A stretch of 64,000 nt of DNA from Tubiluchus corallicola (taxonomy: Eukaryota; Animalia; Priapulida): the NCBI GenBank assembly GCA_030141605.1, contig JAQGDQ010000093.1:558001-622000 (forward strand), in the 5' to 3' direction. Shown here piece after piece: positions 1 through 12,258 of this stretch. The notes beneath the pieces are model-generated. The model worked only from the letters and a program-made list of their open reading frames with translations. It was not told the DNA's origin and ran no database searches. Both the position numbers and the translations under genes were made by a program. Within the stretch, counting starts at the first letter, position 1. Each line of letters opens with the position of its first letter.

Positions 1-255
1 GGTAAGGACGTGACAACTGACAACAAGCTGTATGAGCGACATTACTTTCTCTACTTGGGTTCAGACATGTGCGCATGCGCACAACAGCCAAACACCATGT
101 TGCTGGGCTGTGAAGCAAACAGTACTACCCTCACGTGCTCTGGTTCCGTACAAGTATAAAGAAAGAACTAAAGAAAAAGGATTTACTGTATTGAATATTA
201 TCGATAATACTGAGTGAAAATAAGGGGTGCTGCAGTTTCACACGAGCCGCATCTG
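1..255 (+). mobile_element. hAT-like MITE family D, partial (cut by window edge)
   Basis: Matches 19315-19619, and the reverse complement of 11501-11745 and 60140-60440. Confidence 0.8.
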
Positions 256-970
256 TATCTGTGGCTCTTTTGTGTTTCCTTATTCTAGTTAAAATCAAAT
301 TTTGTGTTAGAGTTCGCAATGTGTAATAAGAGTTTAGGTAATGGAATGATAATGAGTATAGTGAGAAAAATAATACAGTTTTGTAACATTTTTGTGGGGG
401 GGGGGGGGGTAGATTAACGATATTAAATCAATCAAAATAAAGAATGAAATGCCAAAACCTTGAACATTAGAAACAAAGCTAATTTGGAATACTGAAGTAA
501 CTTTAAAGATTTTTGATAATAAATTTTACACAAAGAAAATGATGTACGTTATTAACTAGATGACTGAAGTAATTCGTTTCTATGTTTTAATATTAGTGTT
601 TTAATTTATGTGGAGAGTTTCATAGCTTAGGGAGTTCCATAAAATAGTTCGTAAAATAAATTCCATAAAATATATCTAAGAGTCACTTTTGGATACTTAG
701 GTGGCGAGTATCAGTAGTCAACTTATTATCTGGAATAATTTTCAAAATACTTATTGGTATGGCCTAGTCAAGTAGAGAAAAATGATTTCTGGCATTGGAA
801 GTAACACAAGTAGTCTGCCAAAATTACAGATATTACTGATAATATTACAAAGACAGGTCAATGCTGGTAAGAATATTAGGTGGTCTTTATCATTGAATAC
901 AAATTTCTGTTGGCAATTTGGCGCTGTGCAAAAATCTTTATGTTTAGAATATAGTACATAGTTTTTACGT

Positions 971-1362
971 AATAAGCCTTTTCATAGTTTCAGCGATTGA
1001 TGATGATCGTGAAAAGGTCAAAGGTTAAGGGTATCAGACAATGCATTTGTACATACTTGACAACGAATCGCAGCCTATGGTGTTTTAATAGCAACAGGTT
1101 TAACAGCTAGCTAGAACCTTACCTAGTTCAGTTTTTTCTTTTTCGAAGCAAGATCCTGCTAGTAAATCAGTCTACTGCTAACGAACAGACTAATGCATAA
1201 TTAAGTAAAGTCTACGTAAAAGAACAGAAGTTACTGAACTAATGATTTGTGTTACCCATACGTCACGTGACGATTGTAGTTAAGACACGTTGCTGTGGTA
1301 CACTTAACCTTTGACCTACAGCAACTGCGCGTGCGCACATCGAAACTATGAAAAGGCTTATT
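971..1362. mobile_element. MITE with perfect 21-bp TIR (superfamily unassigned)
   Basis: aataagccttttcatagtttc ... gaaactatgaaaaggcttatt. A second, partial, inverted copy lies at about 47855-48127. Confidence 0.85.
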
Positions 1363-2122
1363 GTTTGAGGTATCTTTATATATAAAGGTATTAGCTGAAC
1401 TGAATGATCCGCTTCAGTGTGAATAAGTGAGAAGAGACTCTCACTTACGAGCTAAAACATGCAACTTTTCTCCCGACATCTGATTGATCCCTAGTCGCTT
1501 TTAGTCAAACTTATATCTATCAAACTTTATTTCAACCAAAAACTCGTTCGTCTCTTGAATAATTTATCGCAGACTAATAGCCACTCAAGGGGGCTGAATT
1601 AAATAAGGCAGAAGCAAAGATGGCCGTCTGTTTAACGACCCCTTTTCGTAAATTTGTTCATCAGCCACTGGAAAAAGTCACTTACCGTGTTTAAATTGGC
1701 GTACAAAGTTAGTAAAATTGACTTAAAACATAAAATGTGCTTCTAGAGCTGCTGAGATGCTTATTCGTCGCATCTCTTGCTCCCAAAAGAGGTCCACCCC
1801 TTTTCTGCTCAAGACGTCGGACGGCACAAGTTAATAACCAACGCAGCTGACTGATAACGCGAGTTTTTCGTCAACATTTGCTCTAATTATTAATTTATGA
1901 AATTGATTTTGTTCAAGATGGCGCCTGTTAATGTGTTTTCGATGGAAATCAGGGAAAGAGTTAAGATCTGATGCTAAGATACAGCAGAAACACTTTACTG
2001 CAGTTTTGTTCAGTTTCATTATGAATCATGACTATCTAGCTTGCATCGGCACGATCTACGTAGCGTAATCAGTTGCGGCAGGATGGGAGACTAGCTCATT
2101 TAATGAAGGAATAAGTGGAGCT

Positions 2123-2700
2123 TATTGTGTGAAGTTTGGAAAAATAATCAGAGCATTTGTAGCATGCATGTTGCTAACTAAGTAAAATTTTAAATTAGTG
2201 TATCTTGTCAATAAGATTAAAAATACGTTTTTGGTTAGTGAAGTGAAATATTTTAAATTATTATTTCTAGTTACATAAGTCTTTCCAGCATGTAAGCAAA
2301 ATGCTAAATAGTCTAGATTTCCATGGAAAGTTTTTTGGGACACAATTTAACATTTCGTCTTCTTCCCCTGGAGGGTGAGTCAGCGACATTTTACCAATTG
2401 GTGAAAACATTTTAAACGAATAATAATTTTCTTTTCTAGTTACATAAGTTTTTCCAGTAGGTAAGCAAACTGCTAAGTAACACAATTCTGCACGGAAAGT
2501 TTTTTGAGACATAGTTTAACTTTAACATTTCCTCTTCTTCCCCTCATTTAAGTTGTGCGTATATGACGTCATGTAATGGCGCCGTCGTAACAGTATTGCG
2601 GGAAACCTGCAATACAAAACAAAAATTGCTTTTAACGCGAGTACGATGCACGCATAAAATTGCTGTAAAGTAATATAATTTTTTGAACTAAATTTTTGAA
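2123..2700 (-). mobile_element. MITE family C fragment with internal duplication
   Basis: Reverse-complement match to 24850-25220 and 32600-33010. The segment ttctagttacataag...tcttcttcccct occurs twice. Confidence 0.75.
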
Positions 2701-3521
2701 TTCTTTTTGGTTAGGTTTTATTCCAGAACAAAATTTCTGATTTCTTTTCACTTTGGCTTTATTTTGAAGTAAATGTTTGCTTGGTAGTTAGTTTTGAATC
2801 TACGAAAACGCCGGAAACTAAAATCGCGCATGTGCGCATTTCTGAACGACTTTAATTTACGCTCCTGTCTGTTGATAACTGTTTGCTAATAATCTCACTA
2901 ATAGACGCTCGTTGAAACCTACAGGCCATCTTGTAAGTGGGACAGTGAGAAGTAAACACTGTTGAAATCTGATCCCACCGGAGACCTGATCGCCAGAGAG
3001 ATGAACAGCAGACACGGGGGGATGTTTTTTTCGGATGCGCTGAGTGTGTACCCCACCCAAACAGGGCGTGTCCAAAATGAGCGTTCTCCAAAATCACCAC
3101 CATCAAGTGCTTTTTGTCAATGTTACATCAGAAGCAACAGTAGATTGTATATGGGGTCTTCCAAAATAAACAGTTTCCTTTCAACATTTTAAAGAGTATA
3201 TTGTTTTGATATAGAGTTTAAGATTGGGTCCGGTTTTCCTTTAAGCAACCTTCCATTTCTAGAACTTTCCTGGAAGTCTTTTCAACGCGGTCGTTTATAC
3301 TGGATCCGCCCCGGGTCGGACAAGATGCGTGGTTTTCTAGGGCTTAGGAAAATTGACCTTTGCCTGTTGAAATAAGTCAAAAAAGCTGTTGCTTGGATCG
3401 CCCGTGGTTACAAGGCATCACAACTGTTTTACACGATGTGAACAACTGTACAGTATGTGAGTGAAGACGTAAGCATCCAGAGATTATAATTACATTAAAG
3501 TAATTAATAATTATAATTAAC

Positions 3522-3830
3522 ATTTATAGTTAAAAACAACACAACTTTATATTAAAACTTTTACATTAAAAAGTTAAAATCACGCCAAACGCTTCGACAG
3601 GCTGCTACTGTCATCATCAGTGGTAAATTTACAAACATACAAGCAGTTTATATAGGCAGAGCCCATTATGCACTAATTAAGTAGTTAACAGAAGCCAAAT
3701 AGGTAGTGAATAAGCTGACCAGTAAAGAAATTGATTCAGTAACATAAGCACTAATTATGTATTTACAAAAGGTAAATAGGTAATGAAGAAACAGACCAGT
3801 AAAGAAATAAATGTTTTTATGTGCCTGTAA
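3522..3830 (-). mobile_element. Penelope-like pseudo-LTR fragment (HH1 family)
   Basis: Matches 7940-8340 and 12640-12853. Contains the hammerhead motif at 3585-3624 with GAAA changed to GAAG. Confidence 0.7.
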
Positions 3831-4572
3831 TAAAAATAGTATGTATATCACGATGCTTTAGTTTATTGCTTATTCATTTCATTCACTACATACACGAATC
3901 ACCAAATTGGACAACAGAAATTAATGATAAACCTTTTCGATGACAACCTTTTAGGTACATTTAGTTTCATACAACGTTTTTCCCTTCTTATCTGAGCAGA
4001 AAGCAAACAAACGAACAAAAAATTAAATTAAAGTTATCGACAGGTTCTACAAATTGTATAAATGACATTTTCAAATATGTGAGTTACTTACTTACTTGAT
4101 TGATTTGTGTTTTCTTTCTTTACTTGTTTGTCCTGCGTTGCACTTATTTATTCCTTTATTGATTTTATTTCGTATAAATGCACTTCATATACAAATTAAA
4201 CAGAAAAACGAATCATTCATAAAGCAATAAAATAGAGCAAAAGAGAAAGAATAAAAATTGGGAAAATAAATAATAAAAATTAAAATTAATATCTACAAAT
4301 TTTCACGTTAATATTTACTGGATTTAACCAAATGAATGATTTATTGAGATGTTGATTTGTTAGCTTGTTCCAGTAGGGTAATTACTTCGATGGTAAGTTG
4401 GCTAGTCGTTTGGGTAGTGGGTTGGTGTAATTTTTGCTTGGCTGGCTAGCTGGTAGGTTTAGTAGTTCCCACTAATTTATTGCTAAATGGTAGTTAATAC
4501 ATTATTATTATTATAAGCCTTTTATTTGCATACAAATACAAATTATAATACAATATGTATAAGTGCAGCCCT

Positions 4573-4604
<32 letters not shown>

Positions 4605-5100
4605 TATATTTATATAGACATCTTTATTGCAAAATTATACACTAGTACAGAGTAAAACAAATTACATCATACATAAAATCAGTGTATAACCAGTGTCAAT
4701 TAGTGTAAGTTAAAAATTATGAGAATAAAAAGATTAAAATACTATATTACATATTTACAAAAGGGCACATATTTATATATTTTGTAGAGCAAGTACAGTG
4801 GTTAATAGAGTGATATATATAACTGACTGACTAATTAAATTACTACTAACACCAGCCGAGTCGGCTCTTTGAAAAGTTACACAAATCCAAGGCAGTTTAT
4901 CCCTCTTTGTACTCAAAGCAGGCCAGTGTAACAGAAGATGTTTGCTTAGGAATTTATGTTCTCCGTGAAAAAGTCCAGAGGTGTTGCTGCGCGCGTGTTT
5001 TTTGTGAACACTAGTCATAAAATATGTCTTGTTAGTGTATTGCTAGCGTCTGTTGCAGCGACCAACGTGATTTATTCTTGTTGAAGGTAAACATGCAGAA

Positions 5101-5724
5101 TTAAAGGAAGACAGGATGATTTTTCAAATACTACCCCATTCTCAAGTCCGATAAGTGTACATTTTAACACAATTAATACTGCAAAGTGTTTCTAATAATT
5201 AAACAACAGATTAAAATCTTAATTAACGGCTGGTGAACCCAACTATTGATGACATCGCAAACTAACATAATTTCCAACAGCAAAAATATTCCACGAGTGT
5301 GTTGCACCTGTTTGAGAAAGCGAAAATTAAAGTGCAGTGCTGCTGTAAGATATTCAGTGTGTTGTACTAAAAGTAGGCAAGTTTTAATACAAAAATTAAA
5401 ATTTTAAATTTACCGCTGTGCTAACGCATGAGCTGTCGAATGTGTGTAGTTCGTCACAGACTAACACATCTGAATTGAGAGGTGCAGCACCTGTTTTTTG
5501 TACAATGTGTTTCCGAAATGCAGGCGCTAGTGCCCGCCTAACTATCAAATGGTGAAATGCGTGTAACAGGGAAGAACAAGTGGCGCGAACGTGATTTTGT
5601 GTTTGTGTGGTAATAATTCTTTCACGTAAGTCATTTTTGAAAAAAATAGTATGTTTCCTTTCAATAATTTAAAGAGTAGAGTGTTTTAACCTGCCGTTTA
5701 AAATTAGGTCAGGTTTTGCTTTAA
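5101..5724 (+). mobile_element. Kolobok/T2-like MITE family A
   Basis: TTAA-AGGAAGACAGGATGA ... GGTTTTGCT-TTAA; eight or more related copies in the window. Confidence 0.85.
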
Positions 5725-5966
5725 CGCGTCTTTTGGAGGCTGGCTAACACACAAGTAAAAGTCCCAAAAAATTAAAGGCAGTTATTTTAAACTGAACAGA
5801 AATCGTTGTCTTATCGAGTTGTCTTTGCCATATCGATTCAATCCAAGTTTTTTTAAAGCAATCTCGTATCATCGTTACCTCTGTATAGGCTTAAACTAGG
5901 ATTGAAAATTATTTTATCAATACATGTACTATCAAATACAGCTTCTAGGAATAAACATGTTTATTG

Positions 5967-6005
5967 AGCGACGATCGTTTCAGCTACTGTAGCCATTATC
6001 AAACC
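5967..6005 (-). ncRNA. Hammerhead ribozyme HH2, inverted copy
   Basis: Reverse complement reads ggt-TTGATAA-t-ggcta(cag)tagct-GAAA-cgatc-GTC-gctc-AATAAA. Confidence 0.65.
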
Positions 6006-6281
6006 ATAAATCAAGCTAAAAAGAAGAATAAATAAGACATTAATGATACAAAGGCACAACCTGAAACTACAAAACAACAGATTAGAATTGAACTTATCAA
6101 AATAAATTAGGCTGTAACGGAAGAGATTGCAGAGAAATGTACGAAAAATAAACATGTTGTGTTCTTTTGTAGTTCTCATGTGTTAGGTAAAATTTTGTAC
6201 ATTTTTCGTAAATTTCATTTTTTCCGTTACAGCCTAATTTATTTTGATAAGTTAAATTCTAATCTGTTGTTTTCTAGTTTT

Positions 6282-6321
6282 AGTTTGACAATGGCTTCAA
6301 CAGCCGAAACGATCGTCGCTC
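6282..6321 (+). ncRNA. Minimal type I hammerhead ribozyme with U3-A8 core variant, family HH2
   Basis: agt-TTGACAA-t-ggct(tcaac)agcc-GAAA-c-gatc-GTC-gct, immediately followed by AATAAA at 6322. Stem III is the palindrome ACGATCGT. Confidence 0.7.
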
Positions 6322-6435
6322 AATAAACACACGTATTATCTTATCCCCAAGATGAGAATAATGCTTCTAAAAACTTAACTGAAATTTGGTTCAGCCCCAT
6401 TAATTGCGGCCACAACACAATCTGGTAATGAAGTT

Positions 6436-7130
6436 TTAAAGGAAAACCGATTTACCTCAAAGCAATCCACCCTGTAAAATATGGAAAGGGAAAGTATTAT
6501 TTTTTTCAAGAAAGACTTACGCGAAAGAATTATTACCACAGAAAAGTAACTTGCATTTCGCTATTCGTTAATTAGATGGGTACTAGTGCCTACAACTCGT
6601 AAGCGGGTGGACCTTTCAGTTCAGAGGTGTTCAGTTGTGACGTAGAACTCATGTTCGAGTGCTCATACATGATCACATAGTTAAACTTGGAATTTGGTTT
6701 CAAACTTAAAATTTGCCGAGTGTTTATATATTACCCTGAATGTTGTACAATAGCACTGTATTTCAATTTTCACTTTCACAAACACGTTCGACAACTCATA
6801 CGTAAGCAGAGCGGTAAATTTGAAATTTAAATGTTTATCTTCAAACTTGCCTACCTTTAGTACAACACACTGAATCTCTTACAGTAGCACTGTACTTTAA
6901 TTTTTGCTTTCACAAACACGTACAACACGTTCGTAGAATGTTTTTGTTAATGAAAATTTATTTTCAGTTGTGATGCCATTACTAGTTGGGATCACCTGTC
7001 GTTAATTAAGTTCATAACCTATTATTTAATTATCAAATGCAATCACGTGTTGCATTGTTATAGGCGTTAAAATGATTACTTTTTAACACCAGGGGTCAGG
7101 TAGGATATGAAAAATCATCCCGTTTTCCCT
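6436..7130 (-). mobile_element. MITE family A, diverged copy with internal duplication
   Basis: Starts ttaaaggaaaaccg; body is the reverse complement of 5101-5724. Confidence 0.75.
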
Positions 7131-7966
7131 ATGTAAAATTCCTAAAGATTGGAGACAAAAATCAAAACTTATGTCACAAATATACTGGCAAGATACTGCC
7201 ACATAAGATTAACTATTCAGCTTATTAACGAAGTATTAAAATAAATTTAACAATCAGTATTATGGATACTAAACTTGCACGCCTATTCGCTTACGTCACA
7301 TTCTGTTACCAGGCAGATCTAATAGATGATAAGCTACCAGAAATAGTCAATAAATTACAAGATGGCTGCATCAGTTTCACTATACACTATCATTTTCATT
7401 CCATATTTGAAAAGTTAAGCAAAAACAGTTTTCGCAGCGTGTGGGCACGTACGAGCTTCTTGCAGTATTGCTTTCAAAACAAATCTGTCACAAGAAAGAA
7501 AACAGGCGCGACTAAAGATAGATCCGCTTGGCAAAAAATGAAACGGTATGTCGCGCGGAAAACAAATGATTTCACACTTGCGTTATAGAATCATTGATTT
7601 TTTCTACAATCTTGTATATTTCAGTCAGGTTACAAAGTTTTTTTCTGGGGGAATAAGTCCTAACGCAGCTTCTTTATTTGCAGTGTGCGCGTGTACGGGT
7701 TGTCACGAAACACTGGTGCCCGGATAGCAAAAGACCTGTGTTCCTATTGCGATTATTTGATTATAATATAATGAATTTGACTTCAGTTTAAAATGCTTGA
7801 ACAAATTCAAAATTAAGCATCGAGCAAGTTTCTGCAAAACGTTCCATATATTTCTGTAAGACAGGATTGTAGCAATAAGGAAAAGGCAATTACTGTCACC
7901 TGACATCTGTTTGGATTGAAGTTTGATCACCTAATTTGATTAAAAAGTTAAAAAGTTAGAATCATG

Positions 7967-8006
7967 TCAAACGTTTCAACAGGCTGCTGCTGTCATCATC
8001 AGTCGT
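7967..8006 (-). ncRNA. Hammerhead ribozyme HH1, inverted copy
   Basis: Reverse complement reads cga-CTGATGA-t-gacagcagcagcctgtt-GAAA-cgtt-tga; core intact, stem I degraded. Confidence 0.7.
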
Positions 8007-8236
8007 AAATTTGTAAATATTCAAGCAGTTTATATAGGCAGAGCCTATTATGCTCTAATTAAGTAGTTAACAGAAGTCAAATAGGTAATGAATAAGCAGA
8101 CCAGTAAAGAAATTAATACAGTAACTTGAGCACTAATTATGTATTTAAAAAAAGCCAAACAAGTAGTGAATACTAACTACTTAATTAGTGTATAATAGGC
8201 TCTGCCTACATAAACTGGTTGTATGTTTGTAAATTT

Positions 8237-8277
8237 ACCACTGACGATGACAGCAGCAGCCTGTCGAAACGTTTGGC
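8237..8277 (+). ncRNA. Minimal type I hammerhead ribozyme (Penelope-type), family HH1, intact core
   Basis: cca-CTGACGA-t-gacag(cagcagc)ctgtc-GAAA-cg-TT-tgg: stem I cca/tgg, 5-bp stem II, palindromic ACGT stem III. Confidence 0.8.
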
Positions 8278-8792
8278 ATGATTTGAACTTTTTAACTTTT
8301 TAATGCCAAAGCTTTAATAAAGTTGTGTTGTTTTTAACATGATTAAATTTTGTGGATTTGGGAAATGGGCTTTCCTTACGCGTTAAACCCCATGAAAAAG
8401 GGTTTCTGAAAATAAGACAGGAAGAGGATTCATGGAAATTGTTAAACTAATGTTTATACGTAGGGAGAAAACTGTATCAATCTGCACAAGGAACTTTGTA
8501 AAACACTTAATCCCGTCCCGGGAATAAAACTACCTAACCCCAGGCGTGGAATGGTTGCGTCTAACATCTGGCTTCAGATCGTACTGAAACGATTGCCACA
8601 GCTCGTAGCTTTCTCCGCGACTCCGCCAACACATCCAATTAGTTTTAGAAAATAATTGCCGAATCACCACCAAACACAGTAGCCGTGTAACCGAGGCGAC
8701 AGTTTTGGCTACAGCACAGATTGTTAAATGGACAGTTAAGCAATCTTTGAGGTCAAAAAGTAGATTAGTCACCCATGGTTTCTTTCTTGTGT

Positions 8793-8935
8793 ATTGGTCA
8801 GTTAAGCATTTATAACCCAGCAGGTAGGTGGATAGTAACCACAATGGCGGGGTTACCTGCCACACACTGTACATTGGTCAGTTAAGCATTTGTAGCTCGG
8901 CAGGTAAGTGGATGGTAATAAGAATGGCGGGATTG
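8793..8935. repeat. Tandem duplication, 80-bp period
   Basis: attggtcagttaagcattt...aatggcggg at 8793 and at 8873. Confidence 0.8.
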
Positions 8936-9240
8936 CTTTAAGCAGGATAATTGCTGATTCAAATTGTAGGCGAAGAAAAGCTTAATTTTTTCCTTTCAAT
9001 CGTTTTTGATGCTTTCTTATTTCATAATGTCTGTCAATAAGCTAAGTGGTCCAGCTGATTTATTTTTTTGCTTGACCCACGATTTCCTCCCTTTCACAGA
9101 CTGATGTAGATTTTATTTAGTAGGAGTTTGGTGGCTTGCACTTCAACATTCATTACGATCCGCAAAAATAATGTGGTTAGTCAATCTTGGCACTTAGGAA
9201 GAAAAATAAATCATTAAAACAACAAATAAATAAATTTCCT

Positions 9241-9340
9241 CGTTGTTGTTGTTGTTTTTGTTGCTGTTGATGTTGTTGTTGTTGTTGCTGTTGACATTCC
9301 TGTTGTTGCTGTTGCTGTTGCTGTTACTGTTTTTGTTGTT

Positions 9341-9373
<33 letters not shown>

Positions 9374-9700
9374 GCTGTTGTTGTTGTTGCTGTTGATGTT
9401 GTTGTTGTTGTTGCTGTTGACATTCCTGTTGTTGTTGTTGCTGTTGATGTTCCTGCTGCTGCTGTTGTTGCTGTTGCTGTTGCTGTTTTTGTTTTTGTTG
9501 TTGTTGTTGTTGTTGTTGTTGTTGCTGTTGATGTTCCTGCTGCTGTTGTTGTTGCTCTTGCTGTTGTTGTTGTTGTTGCTGCTGCTGCTGTTCCTGTTCC
9601 CGCTGTTCTTTTTCTTTTTATTATTATTAAAATTTTGATGATCATCCTCATCATTATCATTGTTATTTATCATTACGACTTTATCAACATTATTATTATT
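9241..9700. repeat. (GTT/GCT)n compound microsatellite
   Basis: Directly visible. Confidence 0.95.
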
Positions 9701-9986
9701 GTCAATAAACAAATACTGAGGCAAAGGTTTGTAACACTATAAAGCATTTGTAAATCCCATTTTTGCATATGGCACGTGTGAAATCTGCAATTTTTCAACG
9801 TTTCAACTTTTTCTTTGTGATGATAAGCATTTCCTGCTCCTCATCTTTCATCACTGGACTACTGGTACTGAGGCTGCGAGTGTTAATTAACTGGCAGATC
9901 TCTCCTTGTTTGTGTACCTGGTGTCTGTCAGACGCGTGGCAATGGTAAACACTGACCAGAGACTATCACCAAATACAAGAGCAGTA

Positions 9987-10280
9987 ATAGATACGTTCAG
10001 TCTCAATTTGTTCAATGACAGTCAACAGGAACATTTATGATGGAGGATTCTGATGATTAGTAGAAACGCTGTTGCATTGTGGGAAGGATCAGGAGGAGGA
10101 TGTGATGAGACACTTCTGGGAGTCGAAAAAACAGTATAGATGTGGCGGATAGATACGTTCAGTTTCAATTTGTTCAGTGACAGTCAACAGGAACGTTTAT
10201 GATGGAGGATTCTGATGATTAGTAGAAACGCAGTTGCATTGTGGGAAGGATCAGGCACAAGAACTGGATGTGACAAGAGA
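9987..10280. repeat. Tandem duplication, 162-bp period, two copies
   Basis: atagatacgttcagt...gggaaggatcagg at 9987 and at 10149. Confidence 0.9.
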
Positions 10281-10829
10281 CTTACGAGACAAGATAATTC
10301 GACCTAGAATATTATACAGGTTGCCTCGAAATTACAGAAACTTGAACGTTACCAGAAATAGGTACACGTATAAACGAATTATTTAATATTTTTACGATTG
10401 TATTACTTTTTATCTAATCTGCCTTACATTTCTTTCATTTTAATGTTAACAGAAATCTAAAATTGAGGAAATTGTTCAAGAAATCTATCATAATACGCAT
10501 CTCATTGAGAAACCAGCACGAATCACATCCCTGTCCATTTAAAGCCCACGAGCTGTGAATAATTCTGTTACTAGATATTAAAATAAGTGTTCTTTTCTCA
10601 AAAACAAATGTGCGTGACATGCGTCAATACAAGTCCAGTAGTCTTTTAGATGTAATTTATGATTTTTTTATCGTCCAAATTGTCATTCCAAAATCACTAT
10701 CACATCATGATAGACGTGGCTGACTGAATGACATATGTGCGACTCAACTTCGTTTTATCTGAAGCAAATAAAAACATTTTCCGCTAATCCAATGTCAAAA
10801 AGATAATTAACTGCTATAATGAAAATGTA

Positions 10830-11070
10830 TAATTTCACGACACTCAAAGGGGCGAAAGGCATAGACATTTCATTTATTGTCAATCATTTAACACACAACG
10901 TTAGCACTAACGACCGATTTAGTGACTTACACTTACAGAAATACAGGTAAGGACGCAATACGCAAATACAGAATAACATGTAGGGTATATGTCTGGCATT
11001 GGTAGTCGCTAGTATCGAACTCAAAACTGCGTTGTTGCTGTCCGAAATCTAGACCATTCGGCTACCAAAT
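10830..11070 (-). mobile_element. tRNA-derived SINE-like element
   Basis: Minus strand has A box TAGCCGAATGG (11054-11064) and B box GTTCGATAC (11012-11020) at tRNA-like spacing. No complete cloverleaf; the 3' limit is uncertain. Confidence 0.55.
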
Positions 11071-11429
11071 TCAGGACACATCAGCAACAAAAAAATCTTG
11101 TCAGTTTTGGTTGTTCGTGGAATCAACGGGTTGAAGTTGAATTCGCGTGAAAAAAACTGAAAATGAATAATCCAGTAGAATTTGGAAGAATACAAAAATT
11201 GAAACAATAAATCATGAACCCGTTGAATTGTTGAAACTGGTAAACATGACACATACAGGCATTAATAAGAACACTCATGATTAAATGCGGAAAAAACAAA
11301 GACAGAGAGCTTATTAAAGTTCGAAAGTACCAAAGGACTTTACCATCTATATATATAGAGAGATGGTAAAGATGAAACTTCTATCATATATTTATAGGAT
11401 ATTTTGCGATTTTTATCATCGCCAAGATT

Positions 11430-11469
<40 letters not shown>

Positions 11470-11500
11470 AAGGAAAAACCAAAACCGGAAACAAAATAAG

Positions 11501-11973
11501 CAGTGTCAGCTCGTGTATAGGTACTGTGGAACTGCAGCACCCCCTATTTTCACTCAGCATTATCGATAATATTCAATATAATGAGTCTTTATTCTTTTGT
11601 TCTTTCTTTATACTTGTACGGAACCACCAGAGCACGTGAGAGTAGTACTGTTTGCTTCACAGCTCAGCACAGTGGTGTGTTTGGCTGTTGTGCGCATGTC
11701 GCCATGCGCACAGTTTGTTGTCAGTTGTCACGTGATTACCGTGAATGGATCGAGCTTGAACTGTGATAATTTAGGTTATTCGTACGCAAACAATATCATT
11801 CTTTTGTTCAGGATTTTCAAGTTTATGTATAAATTTGCTTGTTAGTTTAAAATTACAATTGCAAATTACAACATTAAAATTACACATATGTTTGTTTCGT
11901 TTTACACAGTATTATAACAATGGCTAAGAATTTTCTGAAGCAGCACCCTCACTAATTTTAACTGCCGCCACTG
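11501..11973 (-). mobile_element. hAT-like MITE family D
   Basis: CAGTG...CACTG termini; 8-bp flanks aaaataag / gaaataag (7/8 match). Confidence 0.85.
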
Positions 11974-12258
11974 GAAATAAGGTATCTATGTGCAAAAAAC
12001 ATGAGAAATGTGAAATTGTGCGTGAAAATGTCGGTTGAGTAAAAAGTGAAGACAACTTGGGTGACTTTTAATTCTGAAGGGCGCACGTGTCGAAAATTTA
12101 GAAATATCGACACCCAACTGTCATCTAAGAAAATTGAGATGAAACCACCAAAGTTTCTAATCTAACAGCTGTTCAATTCATGACTTTTTTAACACTCTTC
12201 TGGCGGTGCACTCGGGACAAAGCAGTTGGTTTAACTTAATAAGTTGCCGTTTAATTAG

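Larger units (their letters stand above)
5957..6328. mobile_element. Inverted pair of hammerhead-bearing repeats (HH2 family, Penelope-like)
   Basis: Arms at about 5957-6123 and 6221-6328 are reverse complements (e.g. aacttatcaaaataaattaggctgtaacggaa / ttccgttacagcctaatttattttgataagtt). Confidence 0.7.
7940..8340. mobile_element. Inverted pair of Penelope-like pseudo-LTRs (HH1 family)
   Basis: 7940-8170 (minus) and 8172-8340 (plus) are reverse complements over about 130 bp, and each carries a hammerhead. AATAAA follows the plus copy. Confidence 0.75.

Noticed and set aside
9194-9724. Poly-N/T/L, poly-H/I/S, ER/LS and SQSV ORFs here and throughout the track
   Set aside because: These are translations of microsatellites that simply lack stop codons.
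10049-10080. CTGATGA-ttagta-GAAAC in both copies of the 162-bp duplication, as a hammerhead
   Set aside because: Only 5-6 nt lie between the core halves, so stem II cannot form, and I found no convincing stem I or III.
10995-11070. Functional tRNA gene (also 21301-21374)
   Set aside because: A and B boxes are present but no complete cloverleaf could be folded, so I treated them as SINE heads.
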